Of a stretch of DNA of 54,893 nucleotides, positions 26,347 to 35,704 are shown in pieces (the stretch's first letter is position 1; the number at the start of each line of letters is the position of its first letter). Source of the DNA: a virus (lineage: Duplodnaviria; Caudoviricetes); IMG/VR virus record IMGVR_UViG_3300048835_001014, positions 1-54,893 of that record; one strand, 5' to 3'. Below the pieces are notes generated by a model, which was not told the origin of the DNA, did no database searches, and was given only the letters and a program-made list of their open reading frames with translations. The translations under genes were made by a program, and so were the position numbers.

Positions 26347-26399
26347 CGTTGTTCTCCGTTTGGTTGGCGTTTCGGAATCGCGTTACGACAGTCACACAT

Positions 26400-26425
26400 G
26401 AGCCATCAATTCCGAAACACAGCAA
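26400..26425 (-). promoter_or_regulatory. Repeated promoter-like motif, copy 2
   Basis: GAGCCA-TCAA-TTCCG-AAACACA-GCAA on + strand. Confidence 0.7.
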
Positions 26426-26560
26426 GCGCTGTGGGGGAACATTCCGCCGGAATTCAGCAGCTTTTTCCTGCTCTCAAACGGGGTAAGGTTGGCCCGGGTT
26501 GGCCCCCGTTGGCCGCGTGTCGCAACATGTCGCGGAAGTGGTCGCGTGAATCGCGACCCG

Positions 26561-26610
26561 CCAACGAAATACGCCACGTGGCCGACTGTGCGCCCGCGTG
26601 GCGTTTGTTG
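26561..26610 (-). terminator. Hairpin after amidoligase gene
   Basis: ACGCCACG / CGTGGCGT arms flanked by CCAAC / GTTGG; related CCAACGA..AACGCC..ACGTGG sequence near 24495. Confidence 0.45.
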
Positions 26611-26625
26611 GCGAAGGGCTCCGCG

Positions 26626-27498
26626 TTAAGCGGCGCTACGGCTGGTCTCGTCGTACTTGCGGGCCATTTCGATCAGCTTCGTCTTGATCGCCTTGAGGTC
26701 GGGCGTAGCGTTCTCGCCCGTGAGTTGCCCGTAGACCTTGTCGCGAAGCGCTCCCTTGTACCAGCCTTTGGTCCATCCCAGCCGGTAGAAGAGGCGGTTG
26801 AGTTCCGTCTCGCCTTCGCCCGCGCCCGGTCGATCCCAGCAGCTTCGCGTCCCTTCGCGCTTCGTGTACTCCCAATCCGATCGGCGTTTCGTGTTGAGCG
26901 CGAGTTCTACCAATCCCAGGCACATCATCAGATAGCCGGCGACCTTGGTCTTGTTTGTGGTCCCTGCGAAGCAACGAAACTCGATCCGATTCTTCCCACG
27001 GGCCAGGTGCGTGAGGTTCAAGAGGTGATAGCGGTCCGCTTCGCAGTGTGCTTTAGCGCTGTCGTGGTTGCCGTAGTTCTTGATCTTCTTGCTGTAGCGG
27101 TTCTGTTCGCGGCGTCGCGTTCCCGTGCTGGCGTACAAGGCTCGTTCGTGGTTGCCGACGAGCGAAATCAATCGAGCCAAGGCGGCCGCGTCGCCGCGCC
27201 ACTCGACAGTCAGGTGGCAGCCACAACTAGGATTCACTTTCGCATTGCGGGCGTTGATCGCGTCGAGCGATTCTTCGACCTGTTTCAGGCCTTCGTACCC
27301 GCGGAGTTTCGGGCTGACGAATTCGCATCCCTTCCGTCCTGGCACCAACGTCTGAATCGAGCTATCGCGTTCCGCCTTCCAGCCTTCCGGCAACCAGGGA
27401 ACCTGGTATCCGCCGTGGTAGGGGCCAATTGGCGTCGTGTCGTTCGCCTTCAAAGTCGTTTCGAATTCCAGACCGAAAAGAATATCGTTGGCGTTCAT
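26626..27498 (-). CDS. Amidoligase family (Amidoligase_2) protein
   Basis: FGLEFE, WKAERDSSI, EFVSPKL, NPSCGCH, RY..LN, IEFR; AAAGGA RBS. Confidence 0.9.
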   Translation of the reverse strand: MNANDILFGLEFETTLKANDTTPIGPYHGGYQVPWLPEGWKAERDSSIQTLVPGRKGCEFVSPKLRGYEGLKQVEESLDAINARNAKVNPSCGCHLTVEWRGDAAALARLISLVGNHERALYASTGTRRREQNRYSKKIKNYGNHDSAKAHCEADRYHLLNLTHLARGKNRIEFRCFAGTTNKTKVAGYLMMCLGLVELALNTKRRSDWEYTKREGTRSCWDRPGAGEGETELNRLFYRLGWTKGWYKGALRDKVYGQLTGENATPDLKAIKTKLIEMARKYDETSRSAA

Positions 27499-27570
27499 CG
27501 TGCGGTTGTCCTTTCTGTGCGTTGGTTGGTGTTGTCTGGCGGGGCGTCGTCCGCTTCGCGAGTCACAAAT

Positions 27571-27596
27571 GAGCCAGGAGTTCCGCCGAGCCTCAA
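27571..27596 (-). promoter_or_regulatory. Repeated promoter-like motif, copy 3
   Basis: GAGCCA-GGAG-TTCCG-CCGAGCC-TCAA on + strand. Confidence 0.7.
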
Positions 27597-27775
27597 GCCA
27601 GGAAAAGCAGCTTTTTGCCGAGATTTCGCATGTTTTTCCGGGCGGCCACGTGTGGCCCCGTTCGGCCCCACGTCGCGTGGCAAAACCGGGCCAACAAGGA
27701 GGCAAACTTCGCCCAAAGCCGCCACAGTTCGCGCCGTGTTTCGCCAGCCGCCAAACGGGCGGAAGGGGGCCGTGG

Positions 27776-27985
27776 ATGAGCGCTGACAACGCCCTGGTGG
27801 ACCCAAATCGGCTCACGCCAGAGCAAGCCGCCAAACTGCTGTCGGCCGCCGCCAAGGTGCGCGTCCCCGTCGAACAGATCGCGTCGGACCTCGAGGCCGG
27901 CGCGCCGCGGAACCCAGACAGCACGCTGAACCTTGTGCATTACTGCGCTTGGCTACTAAGGGAGATGGCGCGACGTGGCGAGTGA
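27776..27985 (+). CDS. Small HTH-like protein (possible terminase small subunit/Nu1-like)
   Basis: LTPEQAAKLL...GAP.N...NLVHYCAWL; overlaps terminase start. Confidence 0.65.
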   Translation: MSADNALVDPNRLTPEQAAKLLSAAAKVRVPVEQIASDLEAGAPRNPDSTLNLVHYCAWLLREMARRGE

Positions 27986-30245
27986 TCCCCGCAAACTACG
28001 ACCGAGCGAACTCTGCCGGCTGCTGAACTCGACACCTTTGGGCGAGGTCATCAACGAACGTCAGCTGTACCGCCATCGCACGCGAGCCGGCCTGCGGATT
28101 GGAGATGCACGCCACGTCGACTTGCTCCGGTATGTTGCGTGGCTGATCGAGATTCGGCACGAACCGCGCCCGGAGCCGGAAGGCGATCCTTATGAGAAGC
28201 TGAAGGAACGCGCCCGCGCTCGCAACGTGGCGATCGCCATCGCCGGCCGCGACATCGGCGAGTTGCCCGAGGTCGTCAACCCGGAGCGGAAGGCGCGAGC
28301 CGCCGCCGACTTTCAGTACTTCTGTGAATCGTACTTCCCGCTGACGTTCCACCTACCGTGGTCACCCGACCACTTGAAGGTGATTGCCAAGATCGAACAG
28401 GCCGTGTTGCGCGGCGGTCTGTTCGCGATGGCCACTCCGCGGGGGTTTGGAAAGAGCAGCCTCTGTGAATGCGCATGTATCTGGGCCGTCCTCAACGGCC
28501 ACCGGGAGTTCGTCTGCCTGATCGGTTCGGACGAAGGACACGCGATGGACATGCTCGACTCGATCAAGATGGAACTGGATGGCAATGATCTGCTACTGGA
28601 AGACTACCCCGAAGTCGTCTATCCGATCCAATGCCTCGACGGCATCGCCAACCGCTGCAACGGCCAGCTCTACAAAGGCGTGCGGACGCACATCGGCTGG
28701 ACGGCCCGCGAGATTGTCCTGCCCACGATGCCGGGCAGCGTGGCGAGCGCAGCGATCATCAAGGTCGCCGGGATCACCGGGCGTATTCGCGGGATGAAAT
28801 ACAAGCGGTCGGACGGCCACACGGTTCGTCCGTCGCTTGTGGTGCTCGACGATCCGCAGACCGACGAATCCGCCCGGTCCCTCTCGCAGTGTGCGACGCG
28901 GGAAGGCATTCTGGCCGGTGCGATTCTCGGCCTGGCGGGCCCCGGCAAGAAGATCTCCGGCATCATGCCCTGCACCGTCATTCGCCCCGGCGATATGGCG
29001 GACAACATCCTTTCGCGCGAACGACACCCGGAATGGAACGGCGAGCGAACTAAGATGGTCTACTCATTTCCGAGCGACGAAAGGCTGTGGCAACGTTATG
29101 GTGAACTTCGCGCCGAAAGCCTTCGCGCCCACGGCGACATTCGTCTGGCCACGGAGTTCTACGTCGCCCATCGCGACGCAATGGACGATAACGCGAAGAT
29201 CGCCTGGCCCGAGCGGTTCAATCATGACGAGGAGTCGGCAATCCAGCACGCCATGAATCTCAAGTTACAGGACGAGGCTGCCTTCTTCGCTGAGTACCAG
29301 AACGAGCCGCTGCCGACGGATGCCGGAACCGACGACGAGTTGACGCCCGACCAGATCGCCGGCAAGACGAACCGAATGCAGCGTCGTGTTATCCCAATCG
29401 GCTGCAATCATGTGACGATGTTCATCGACGTCCAGGCCAACTTGCTGTTTTTCGTCGTGGCAGCGTGGGAGGACGACTTCACTGGCTATGTCGTGGACTA
29501 CGGAGCGTTTCCCGATCAGAAGCGCCCCTTCTTTACGCTCCGCGATGCTCGCAACACGCTCGCGCTGGTGACCAAGGCGAGTGGCCTCGAAGGTTCGATC
29601 TACGCCGGCCTGGAGCAGTTGACGCAGGAGTATCTCGGCCGCGAGTGGAAGCGCGACGACGGCGCGATGCTGCGGATCGAGCGTTGTCTGGTCGACGCCA
29701 ATTGGGGATCTTCAACCGACGTCGTCTACCAGTTCTGTCGACAGTCGGCACACGCCAGCGTGATCATGCCCAGCCACGGGCGTTTCGTCGGGGCGTCGAG
29801 TCAACCGTTCTCGGAGTACAAGCGTAAGCCGGGCGATCGCCTCGGGCACAACTGGCGGATGCCGAACGTGCATGGCAAACGGGCGGTGCGTCACGTGGTT
29901 TACGACACCAACTACTGGAAGTCCTTCATCCATGCTCGCCTGGCGGTCACGATGGGTGACAAAGGATGCTTGTCTCTATTCGGCGATAGCCCGGATCAAC
30001 ATCGATTGTTTGCCGAGCACCTCTCTGCCGAATACCGCGTCAAAACGGAAGGGCGTGGCCGGACGGTGGACGAGTGGAAGATGCGACCCGAGCGCGGTGA
30101 CAACCACTGGTTCGACTGTCTGGTTGGTTGCAGTGTGGCTGCGTCCATCCAAGGCGCGGTGCTTGCCGGAACTGGTAGTGTTGCACCGCCGGCCACCCGT
30201 GAGCGAATCAGCTTCGCCGAGTTGCAGCGGAGACGCCGTGGATGA
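27975..30245 (+). CDS. Terminase large subunit (lambda GpA-like)
   Basis: ATPRGFGKS Walker A, VVLDDPQ Walker B, FIDVQ, DANWG, DNHWFDC nuclease motifs. Confidence 0.93.
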   Translation: MASDPRKLRPSELCRLLNSTPLGEVINERQLYRHRTRAGLRIGDARHVDLLRYVAWLIEIRHEPRPEPEGDPYEKLKERARARNVAIAIAGRDIGELPEVVNPERKARAAADFQYFCESYFPLTFHLPWSPDHLKVIAKIEQAVLRGGLFAMATPRGFGKSSLCECACIWAVLNGHREFVCLIGSDEGHAMDMLDSIKMELDGNDLLLEDYPEVVYPIQCLDGIANRCNGQLYKGVRTHIGWTAREIVLPTMPGSVASAAIIKVAGITGRIRGMKYKRSDGHTVRPSLVVLDDPQTDESARSLSQCATREGILAGAILGLAGPGKKISGIMPCTVIRPGDMADNILSRERHPEWNGERTKMVYSFPSDERLWQRYGELRAESLRAHGDIRLATEFYVAHRDAMDDNAKIAWPERFNHDEESAIQHAMNLKLQDEAAFFAEYQNEPLPTDAGTDDELTPDQIAGKTNRMQRRVIPIGCNHVTMFIDVQANLLFFVVAAWEDDFTGYVVDYGAFPDQKRPFFTLRDARNTLALVTKASGLEGSIYAGLEQLTQEYLGREWKRDDGAMLRIERCLVDANWGSSTDVVYQFCRQSAHASVIMPSHGRFVGASSQPFSEYKRKPGDRLGHNWRMPNVHGKRAVRHVVYDTNYWKSFIHARLAVTMGDKGCLSLFGDSPDQHRLFAEHLSAEYRVKTEGRGRTVDEWKMRPERGDNHWFDCLVGCSVAASIQGAVLAGTGSVAPPATRERISFAELQRRRRG

Positions 30246-30436
30246 AGCAAGCTAAACCTCCTCGCTCGGAGCTCGGAATCTCCTGTCCCCAATGCGGTTG
30301 CCGGCACTTCCAAACCACACACACCGAGCCGCTCCGCGATGGTCGGATTCGCCGCCGCAAGACATGCCGCCACTGCGGTCGAAAGGTCGTCACCCATGAG
30401 GCTTCGCTGAGCAGCTCGAGCAATACATCCGAATGA
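30242..30436 (+). CDS. Zinc-ribbon protein (NrdR-N/Ogr-like)
   Basis: CPQCG...IRRRKTCRHCG...THE. Confidence 0.8.
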   Translation: MKQAKPPRSELGISCPQCGCRHFQTTHTEPLRDGRIRRRKTCRHCGRKVVTHEASLSSSSNTSE

Positions 30437-30492
30437 TTGCGCCAGTAGTGGCGTTTGCGTGCGTGGCACCCGAAGTATGCGGGCTTTACCGA

Positions 30493-31323
30493 CTACCGCT
30501 GCTGAGTTTTCAGCGTCTCGATGACGGTGCGCAGGCGGCTAACGATTTCATCCGTCTTGTCACCAAACAGGCCGGGCCGAACAGGCGGCTGGTCGACTAC
30601 TCTTCGAATCCCGCCGGCGAAAAGGCGATACGTTTCAGCACGCACCGTCTCAACTCCCGCTTCCGGAAGCAGTGCGATCCTTACAGACGGATGGCCGCTT
30701 GGTGCGGACCTGATCAGGCTCTCTGGTTCGCATTCGTCCCAGCCAATCATCTTGTCTCCACGCATCCAATCCTCAAATAGGTTGGCGAACAGTTCCGACG
30801 ACGCGTGCCACCAAACCAAGACGGCACTGGCGGCGTCTGCGTTCGACTCGAATCGCCGTGCGTCTGCATTGTCCTTTGGGAAGCCGCGCGAAGCTCGCTC
30901 GCCGACTTGGTAAAAGCGGGAAAACCAGCGAAAAGAAAACCCGATATCCTGATCGTCTCCCGACCAAGTGCGGTCAACATGGTGGCCCCATTCGTGATAC
31001 AGGGTGGATTCCCCTGGTGCGACGAGGAATGGAGGCGATGGCGGCTCCATGCCCAACGCCTGCATCTCTCGCATTACCTCGCCGCTATACGTGTTTTCTC
31101 GATGCACGTACCTGCCACCAGCGTGTGTGATGCCACTTTGGGTTCCATTTTGGGTCTTAACCACCACACATGTCGGGGCGGCGAAGCCTCGCTCGGCAAG
31201 CCGCTTGAGCCCCTTCTTGAAGCCGGGCGAGACTGGCTGTCCGTAGGACTGGACTCGAAAGCCGTGAATCGTGACCAACGAGGAACGGCCACGGTTGCTT
31301 GTCGCGGAAACTTCAACGTCCAT
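30493..31323 (-). CDS. Putative zincin metallopeptidase (moron)
   Basis: TLYHEWGHHVD and SELFANLF; antisense insertion between terminase and portal genes. Confidence 0.65.
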   Translation of the reverse strand: MDVEVSATSNRGRSSLVTIHGFRVQSYGQPVSPGFKKGLKRLAERGFAAPTCVVVKTQNGTQSGITHAGGRYVHRENTYSGEVMREMQALGMEPPSPPFLVAPGESTLYHEWGHHVDRTWSGDDQDIGFSFRWFSRFYQVGERASRGFPKDNADARRFESNADAASAVLVWWHASSELFANLFEDWMRGDKMIGWDECEPESLIRSAPSGHPSVRIALLPEAGVETVRAETYRLFAGGIRRVVDQPPVRPGLFGDKTDEIVSRLRTVIETLKTQQR

Positions 31324-31472
31324 CGTTTGCCTTCGGCGAGTATCGTTATCGTTGCTTGACACGCTGCTCGTAGTGGGAATCGTACCACCGAGTCGTAGAT
31401 CCGCAAAATGTAACACTGTCCAGACACTCCGTTGCTATATGTAGCACATCTCGCCCTCTTTTTTCACGTCTG

Positions 31473-31504
31473 CGGACAGCTGCCGCGCGGCGAGCATAAG
31501 TAAC
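31473..31504 (+). promoter_or_regulatory. Putative phage-sigma promoter, copy 3 (CGGACAG-N14-GCATAAGTAAC)
   Basis: Heads the head/tail operon. Confidence 0.7.
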
Positions 31505-31550
31505 CCACATCCCCATTCTGCATTGGCAGCAAGCTGTTGTGGGTTTCAGC

Positions 31551-31748
31551 ATGGCCGACGACCTCAAAGACAAGATCCGTGAAAACGCCGAAGGACCGGC
31601 CAAGGCCTCCGGTGACGCAGGCAGTGTCGAGCAGCACAAGCTGGCCGACCAAATCGAGGCCGACAAGTATCTGGCCTCGAAAGAGGCCGCAAAGTCCAAG
31701 AGTCGTGGATTGCGATTTAACAAGCTCGTGCCTCCGGGAATCGACTGA
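31551..31748 (+). CDS. Head-tail joining protein (gpW position)
   Basis: 65 aa, directly upstream of lambda-type portal. Confidence 0.65.
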   Translation: MADDLKDKIRENAEGPAKASGDAGSVEQHKLADQIEADKYLASKEAAKSKSRGLRFNKLVPPGID

Positions 31749-31749
31749 C

Positions 31750-33234
31750 GTGTGGAACTGGCTCGCCAAGATGCTTCGCCCATCGCCGGTGAACACCGGT
31801 GGTCGGTTCCTGCGCCGGCGGGTGCTTCGTGCCCGGTACGATGCGGCCGCCACCACGGTGGACAACCGGCGGCACTGGGCCAACGCGGATGGACTCAGCG
31901 CCAACGCGGCCAACAGCCCCGATGTTCGTTGCACGCTTCGCAACCGGGCCCGCTATGAGGTGGCCAACAACAGCTACGCCCGAGGAATCGTGCTCACGCT
32001 GGCCAACGATGTCGTGGGGACCGGTCCGCGATTGCAGATGCTGACGTCCGACGCCGAAGCAAACCGGATCGTGGAACGGGAGTTTGCAAAATGGTCCGCG
32101 GCCGTGAGCCTCCCCGAAAAGCTCCGCACGATGCGGATGGCGCGGGCCAGTGACGGCGAGGCTTTCGCCATCCTCACTAGCAACGAAGGTTCGCCTTCGC
32201 CGATCAACCTCGACATGCGACTCGTTGAAGCGGAACAGGTCTGCACGCCGGACTTATCTCCCCATCAACTCAATGCCGTCGATGGAATTGTCTTCGATGC
32301 CTTCGGCAATCCGTTGACCTACCACGTCCTCAAGGAACATCCGGGCAGCGACCGGTTCGTGGTGAACAGCCTGTCGTATGACCCATATCCGGCTGCCGGA
32401 GTAATTCACTACTTTCGTTGCGATCGTCCGGGCCAGGCGCGTGGTATTCCCGACATCACGCCCGCACTGCCGCTGTTTGCACAACTGCGTCGCTTTACGC
32501 TCGCGGTGTTGGCTGCCGCCGAGACGGCGGCCGACTTCGCCGGCATTCTTTACACCGACGCACCTGCCGGTGGAGAAGCCGACGCTGCTGAGCCATTCGA
32601 ACCGATCGAGTTGGAGAAGCGAGCACTGCTCACCATGCCGGGCGGCTGGAAGATGGCCCAAATGCATGCGGAGCAGCCTTCGACCGGGTACACGGAGTTC
32701 AAGAAGGAAATCCTCAACGAGATCGCCCGTTGCTTGAACATGCCGTTCAACGTGGCTGCCGGGAATTCCTCTGGATACAACTACGCCTCCGGCCGCCTCG
32801 ATCATCAGACGTACTTCAAATCTATCCGCGTCGAGCAGCAACACATCGCCGCGGTCGTGCTGGATCGCATCCTCGCTGCTTGGCTCGACGAGGCGGTCCT
32901 GGTGGAAGGATTCCTGCCGGCCAGTCTGCGAACTCTCGACGCGGACTTTTCACACCAATGGATGTTCGATGGTCACGAGCATGTCGATCCTGCCAAGGAA
33001 GCCAACGCGCAGGCGACTCGTTTGGCCAATCACACGACCACGCTGGCCACGGAATACGCACGGCAGGGGCGTGACTGGGAAGCCGAACTACGGCAGCGAG
33101 CCAAGGAACGCCAGCTCATGACCGAACTCGGCCTGTCCCCGGCCGAGTCGATCCCCGCGGGCAACGTAAAGGACTCCGAACCCGAGGAAGACGATGTCGA
33201 AATCGACGACGAAAAACTCGCCGAAGCCGCTTGA
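31750..33234 (+). CDS. Phage portal protein, lambda family
   Basis: YDAA, LRNRARYEVANN, RPGQARGIP, NYASGR, HVDPAKEA; start GTG 31750 or ATG 31771. Confidence 0.95.
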   Translation: MWNWLAKMLRPSPVNTGGRFLRRRVLRARYDAAATTVDNRRHWANADGLSANAANSPDVRCTLRNRARYEVANNSYARGIVLTLANDVVGTGPRLQMLTSDAEANRIVEREFAKWSAAVSLPEKLRTMRMARASDGEAFAILTSNEGSPSPINLDMRLVEAEQVCTPDLSPHQLNAVDGIVFDAFGNPLTYHVLKEHPGSDRFVVNSLSYDPYPAAGVIHYFRCDRPGQARGIPDITPALPLFAQLRRFTLAVLAAAETAADFAGILYTDAPAGGEADAAEPFEPIELEKRALLTMPGGWKMAQMHAEQPSTGYTEFKKEILNEIARCLNMPFNVAAGNSSGYNYASGRLDHQTYFKSIRVEQQHIAAVVLDRILAAWLDEAVLVEGFLPASLRTLDADFSHQWMFDGHEHVDPAKEANAQATRLANHTTTLATEYARQGRDWEAELRQRAKERQLMTELGLSPAESIPAGNVKDSEPEEDDVEIDDEKLAEAA

Positions 33235-35296
33235 CCAGGTTCCCAAGCGGCTCTGGATTCAAAGCGACGATGCCGGTGGCATTCACCTTGAGGCCGCAGT
33301 ACCGGTCGAAGGTGACAAGCCGCCACTGCGACGTTTCGCGATGACGGCCTACACGGGCGGCGCGATGCAGCTTTCCGGCTGGCGGTATCCGGTTGTCGTC
33401 GATTTGGCGGGCCTGCGTGTGCCCAAGAAGTCGCGGCCAATTCTCAAGGATCACGACGGCGGACAGATCGTCGGCCACACAAGCGAAATCGGTGCAACCG
33501 AACGAACGCTCGAAGTGAGCGGCGTCATCTCGGGCACGGGAGCGACCGCGCAGGAGATCATCGCCACCAGCGAGAACGGTTTTCCTTGGCAGGCATCGCT
33601 GGGAGCGACCGCCGACAAGGTCGTGTTCATCACGGAAGGAAAAACTGCGACCGCTAACGGCCGCGAGTTTACCGGTCCCCTCTACATCGCCCGCAAATCC
33701 ACGCTGGGCGAAATCAGCTTCGTCGCGCTCGGAGCCGACGACGACACCTGGGCGCACGTTGCGGCTGGGGCCGGTGGAGAACAGAACCAGGAGGTAAGCA
33801 CGATGGAATTCGAACAATGGGCCGCTGACAACAACCTGCCAATCGACGAGATGGATGACAAGCACGTCGCCAGTCTCAAGGCAATGTTCGCCAAACAGCA
33901 GGCCACGCCGCCTCCCGCTCCGCCCGTTCCTCCGCCGGCGCCCCCGGTTGGCAAGAACGACCCGCCGCTTGATCCAGTTGCGGAAATGCGGGCAGCTGCT
34001 GCCGCCGAAGCGAAGCGGATCGCGGCGGTGCGCAAAGTCTGCAACAACGAGTTTCCCGACATCGAGGCTCAGGCCATCGAAGAGGGCTGGGACGAAGCCA
34101 AGACGGAACTGGCCGTTTTGCGTGCCACGCGCCCCAAAGCGCCGGCGATCCACGCGACGCCAACCGTGCCGAGCGCCCGCGTGCTGGAAGCGGCTGCCTT
34201 TCTATCGCTCAACTTCGACGAGAACCAACTCGCTCGGCAGTACGGCGAACAGACGATGGAAGCCGCAAATCCGATGCGCAAGATCGGGCTGCGAGAGCTG
34301 GTGGCCGAGTGCGCTCGGCTGGAAGGTCACACTGTACCGCGTGTGTTCGGCGATGGAACTGGGACGATCCAAGCCGGTTTTTCCACGGTCAGCCTGCCGG
34401 GCATCCTGGAAAACGTGATGAACAAGACGCTGCTGGCCGCCTACGAGTCGACTGCCATCGCGGCGTTCGACCTCTGCTCGGTCGGTTCGGTGAGCGACTT
34501 CAAGGAAGTCAGCCGCTACCGGCTGCTGGGGACCGGAGGCTTCGAACGAGTCGCGCCGGACGGCGAGCTGAAACACGGCAAGCTAAGCGAGCAGAAGTAC
34601 ACGAACAAGGCCGAGACCTACGGCCAGATCGTGTTCCTGACGCGCGAGGCGATCATCAACGACGATCTCAGTGCCTTCATGGAAGTGCCCACGCAGATGG
34701 GTCGAGAGGGAGCGCAACTGGTCGACGAGCTGTTCTTCTCGCTGCTGCTGTCGAACCCGAACAGCTTCTTCAGTGCCGGCAACGGCAACTACCTGGAAGG
34801 AGCGACGACCGCGTTCGGACCCGACTCGCTGACGACGGCAAAGACTCAGTTCCGCAAGCAGAAGGCGGGACCGGGGACGAACCCGAAGGATCAGAAGCCG
34901 ATCAACATTCGGCCCGAGTCGCTGGTGGTTCCGGTCGAGCTCGAAACGGACGCCGAACTGCTGATGGGATCGGCCCAATTGATGATCGACGCTTCGGGTA
35001 CGAAGACGAAGATCCCGGTCGACAACCCACACCGCAACAAGTACCGCGTGATCTCCGCGCCGCACTTGTCGGACACCTACTTCAGCGGTGCCAGCGGCAA
35101 GGCGTGGTACCTGTTTGCCAACCCGAACACGATCTCGGCGTTCGAGATCGTGTTCCTCAACGGCCGACGCACGCCTGTGATCGAGCGAGTGGAGACGCCG
35201 CCCAACAACATGGGCATGGGTTTCCGCGGCTATCTCGACGTCGGCGTCAAGGAACAAGACCCGCGCGGCGCGCTGCTGGTGAAAGGCGAAGCATAG
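33194..35296 (+). CDS. Prohead protease-scaffold-major capsid fusion protein
   Basis: AYTGG, ILKDHD, WQASLG, EISFV protease; Pro-rich linker; SVSDFK, TYG.....TREAIINDDL Mu gpT-like capsid. Confidence 0.9.
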   Translation: MSKSTTKNSPKPLDQVPKRLWIQSDDAGGIHLEAAVPVEGDKPPLRRFAMTAYTGGAMQLSGWRYPVVVDLAGLRVPKKSRPILKDHDGGQIVGHTSEIGATERTLEVSGVISGTGATAQEIIATSENGFPWQASLGATADKVVFITEGKTATANGREFTGPLYIARKSTLGEISFVALGADDDTWAHVAAGAGGEQNQEVSTMEFEQWAADNNLPIDEMDDKHVASLKAMFAKQQATPPPAPPVPPPAPPVGKNDPPLDPVAEMRAAAAAEAKRIAAVRKVCNNEFPDIEAQAIEEGWDEAKTELAVLRATRPKAPAIHATPTVPSARVLEAAAFLSLNFDENQLARQYGEQTMEAANPMRKIGLRELVAECARLEGHTVPRVFGDGTGTIQAGFSTVSLPGILENVMNKTLLAAYESTAIAAFDLCSVGSVSDFKEVSRYRLLGTGGFERVAPDGELKHGKLSEQKYTNKAETYGQIVFLTREAIINDDLSAFMEVPTQMGREGAQLVDELFFSLLLSNPNSFFSAGNGNYLEGATTAFGPDSLTTAKTQFRKQKAGPGTNPKDQKPINIRPESLVVPVELETDAELLMGSAQLMIDASGTKTKIPVDNPHRNKYRVISAPHLSDTYFSGASGKAWYLFANPNTISAFEIVFLNGRRTPVIERVETPPNNMGMGFRGYLDVGVKEQDPRGALLVKGEA

Positions 35297-35357
35297 CGAA
35301 CCTGACCGCTTGTAGGTCACACACAACTCGACAGTTATCTCCGAGAGAGGAAGTCCA

Positions 35358-35699
35358 ATGGCTCAAGCTCAATTCATTCAGGAAGGCGACGCGATCGACT
35401 ACACGCCGGGAGCCGATGTGGCCGCCGGCGAAGTTGTGGTGCTCAGTGATCTGGTCGGCGTCACCAAACTCGACATCAAGGCCAACGTGCTGGGAGCGCT
35501 CGCCGTCAAAGGCGTATTCGATGTTGCGAAGGAAGGTGGCGCGGGCGTCACGTTCGCCATCGGTGACAAGGTGTACTGGGACGACGGCAATGACTTTGCG
35601 GTCGCCACGGATGGTGCCGGCGCCAACAAGCTGATGGGCAAGGCGGTCTTGGCCGCGGCCGACGCGGATACGACGGTTCGCGTCCGGCTAAGCCAGTAG
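35358..35699 (+). CDS. DUF2190 family capsid cement protein
   Basis: FIQEGDAIDYT, GVFDVAK, GDKVYWD, VRVRL. Confidence 0.9.
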   Translation: MAQAQFIQEGDAIDYTPGADVAAGEVVVLSDLVGVTKLDIKANVLGALAVKGVFDVAKEGGAGVTFAIGDKVYWDDGNDFAVATDGAGANKLMGKAVLAAADADTTVRVRLSQ

Positions 35700-35704
35700 G
35701 AGGC

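Noticed and set aside
35291-35302. Fourth copy of the sigma promoter (GCATAGCGAAC)
   Set aside because: No CGGACA element at the required distance and the -10 part is mismatched
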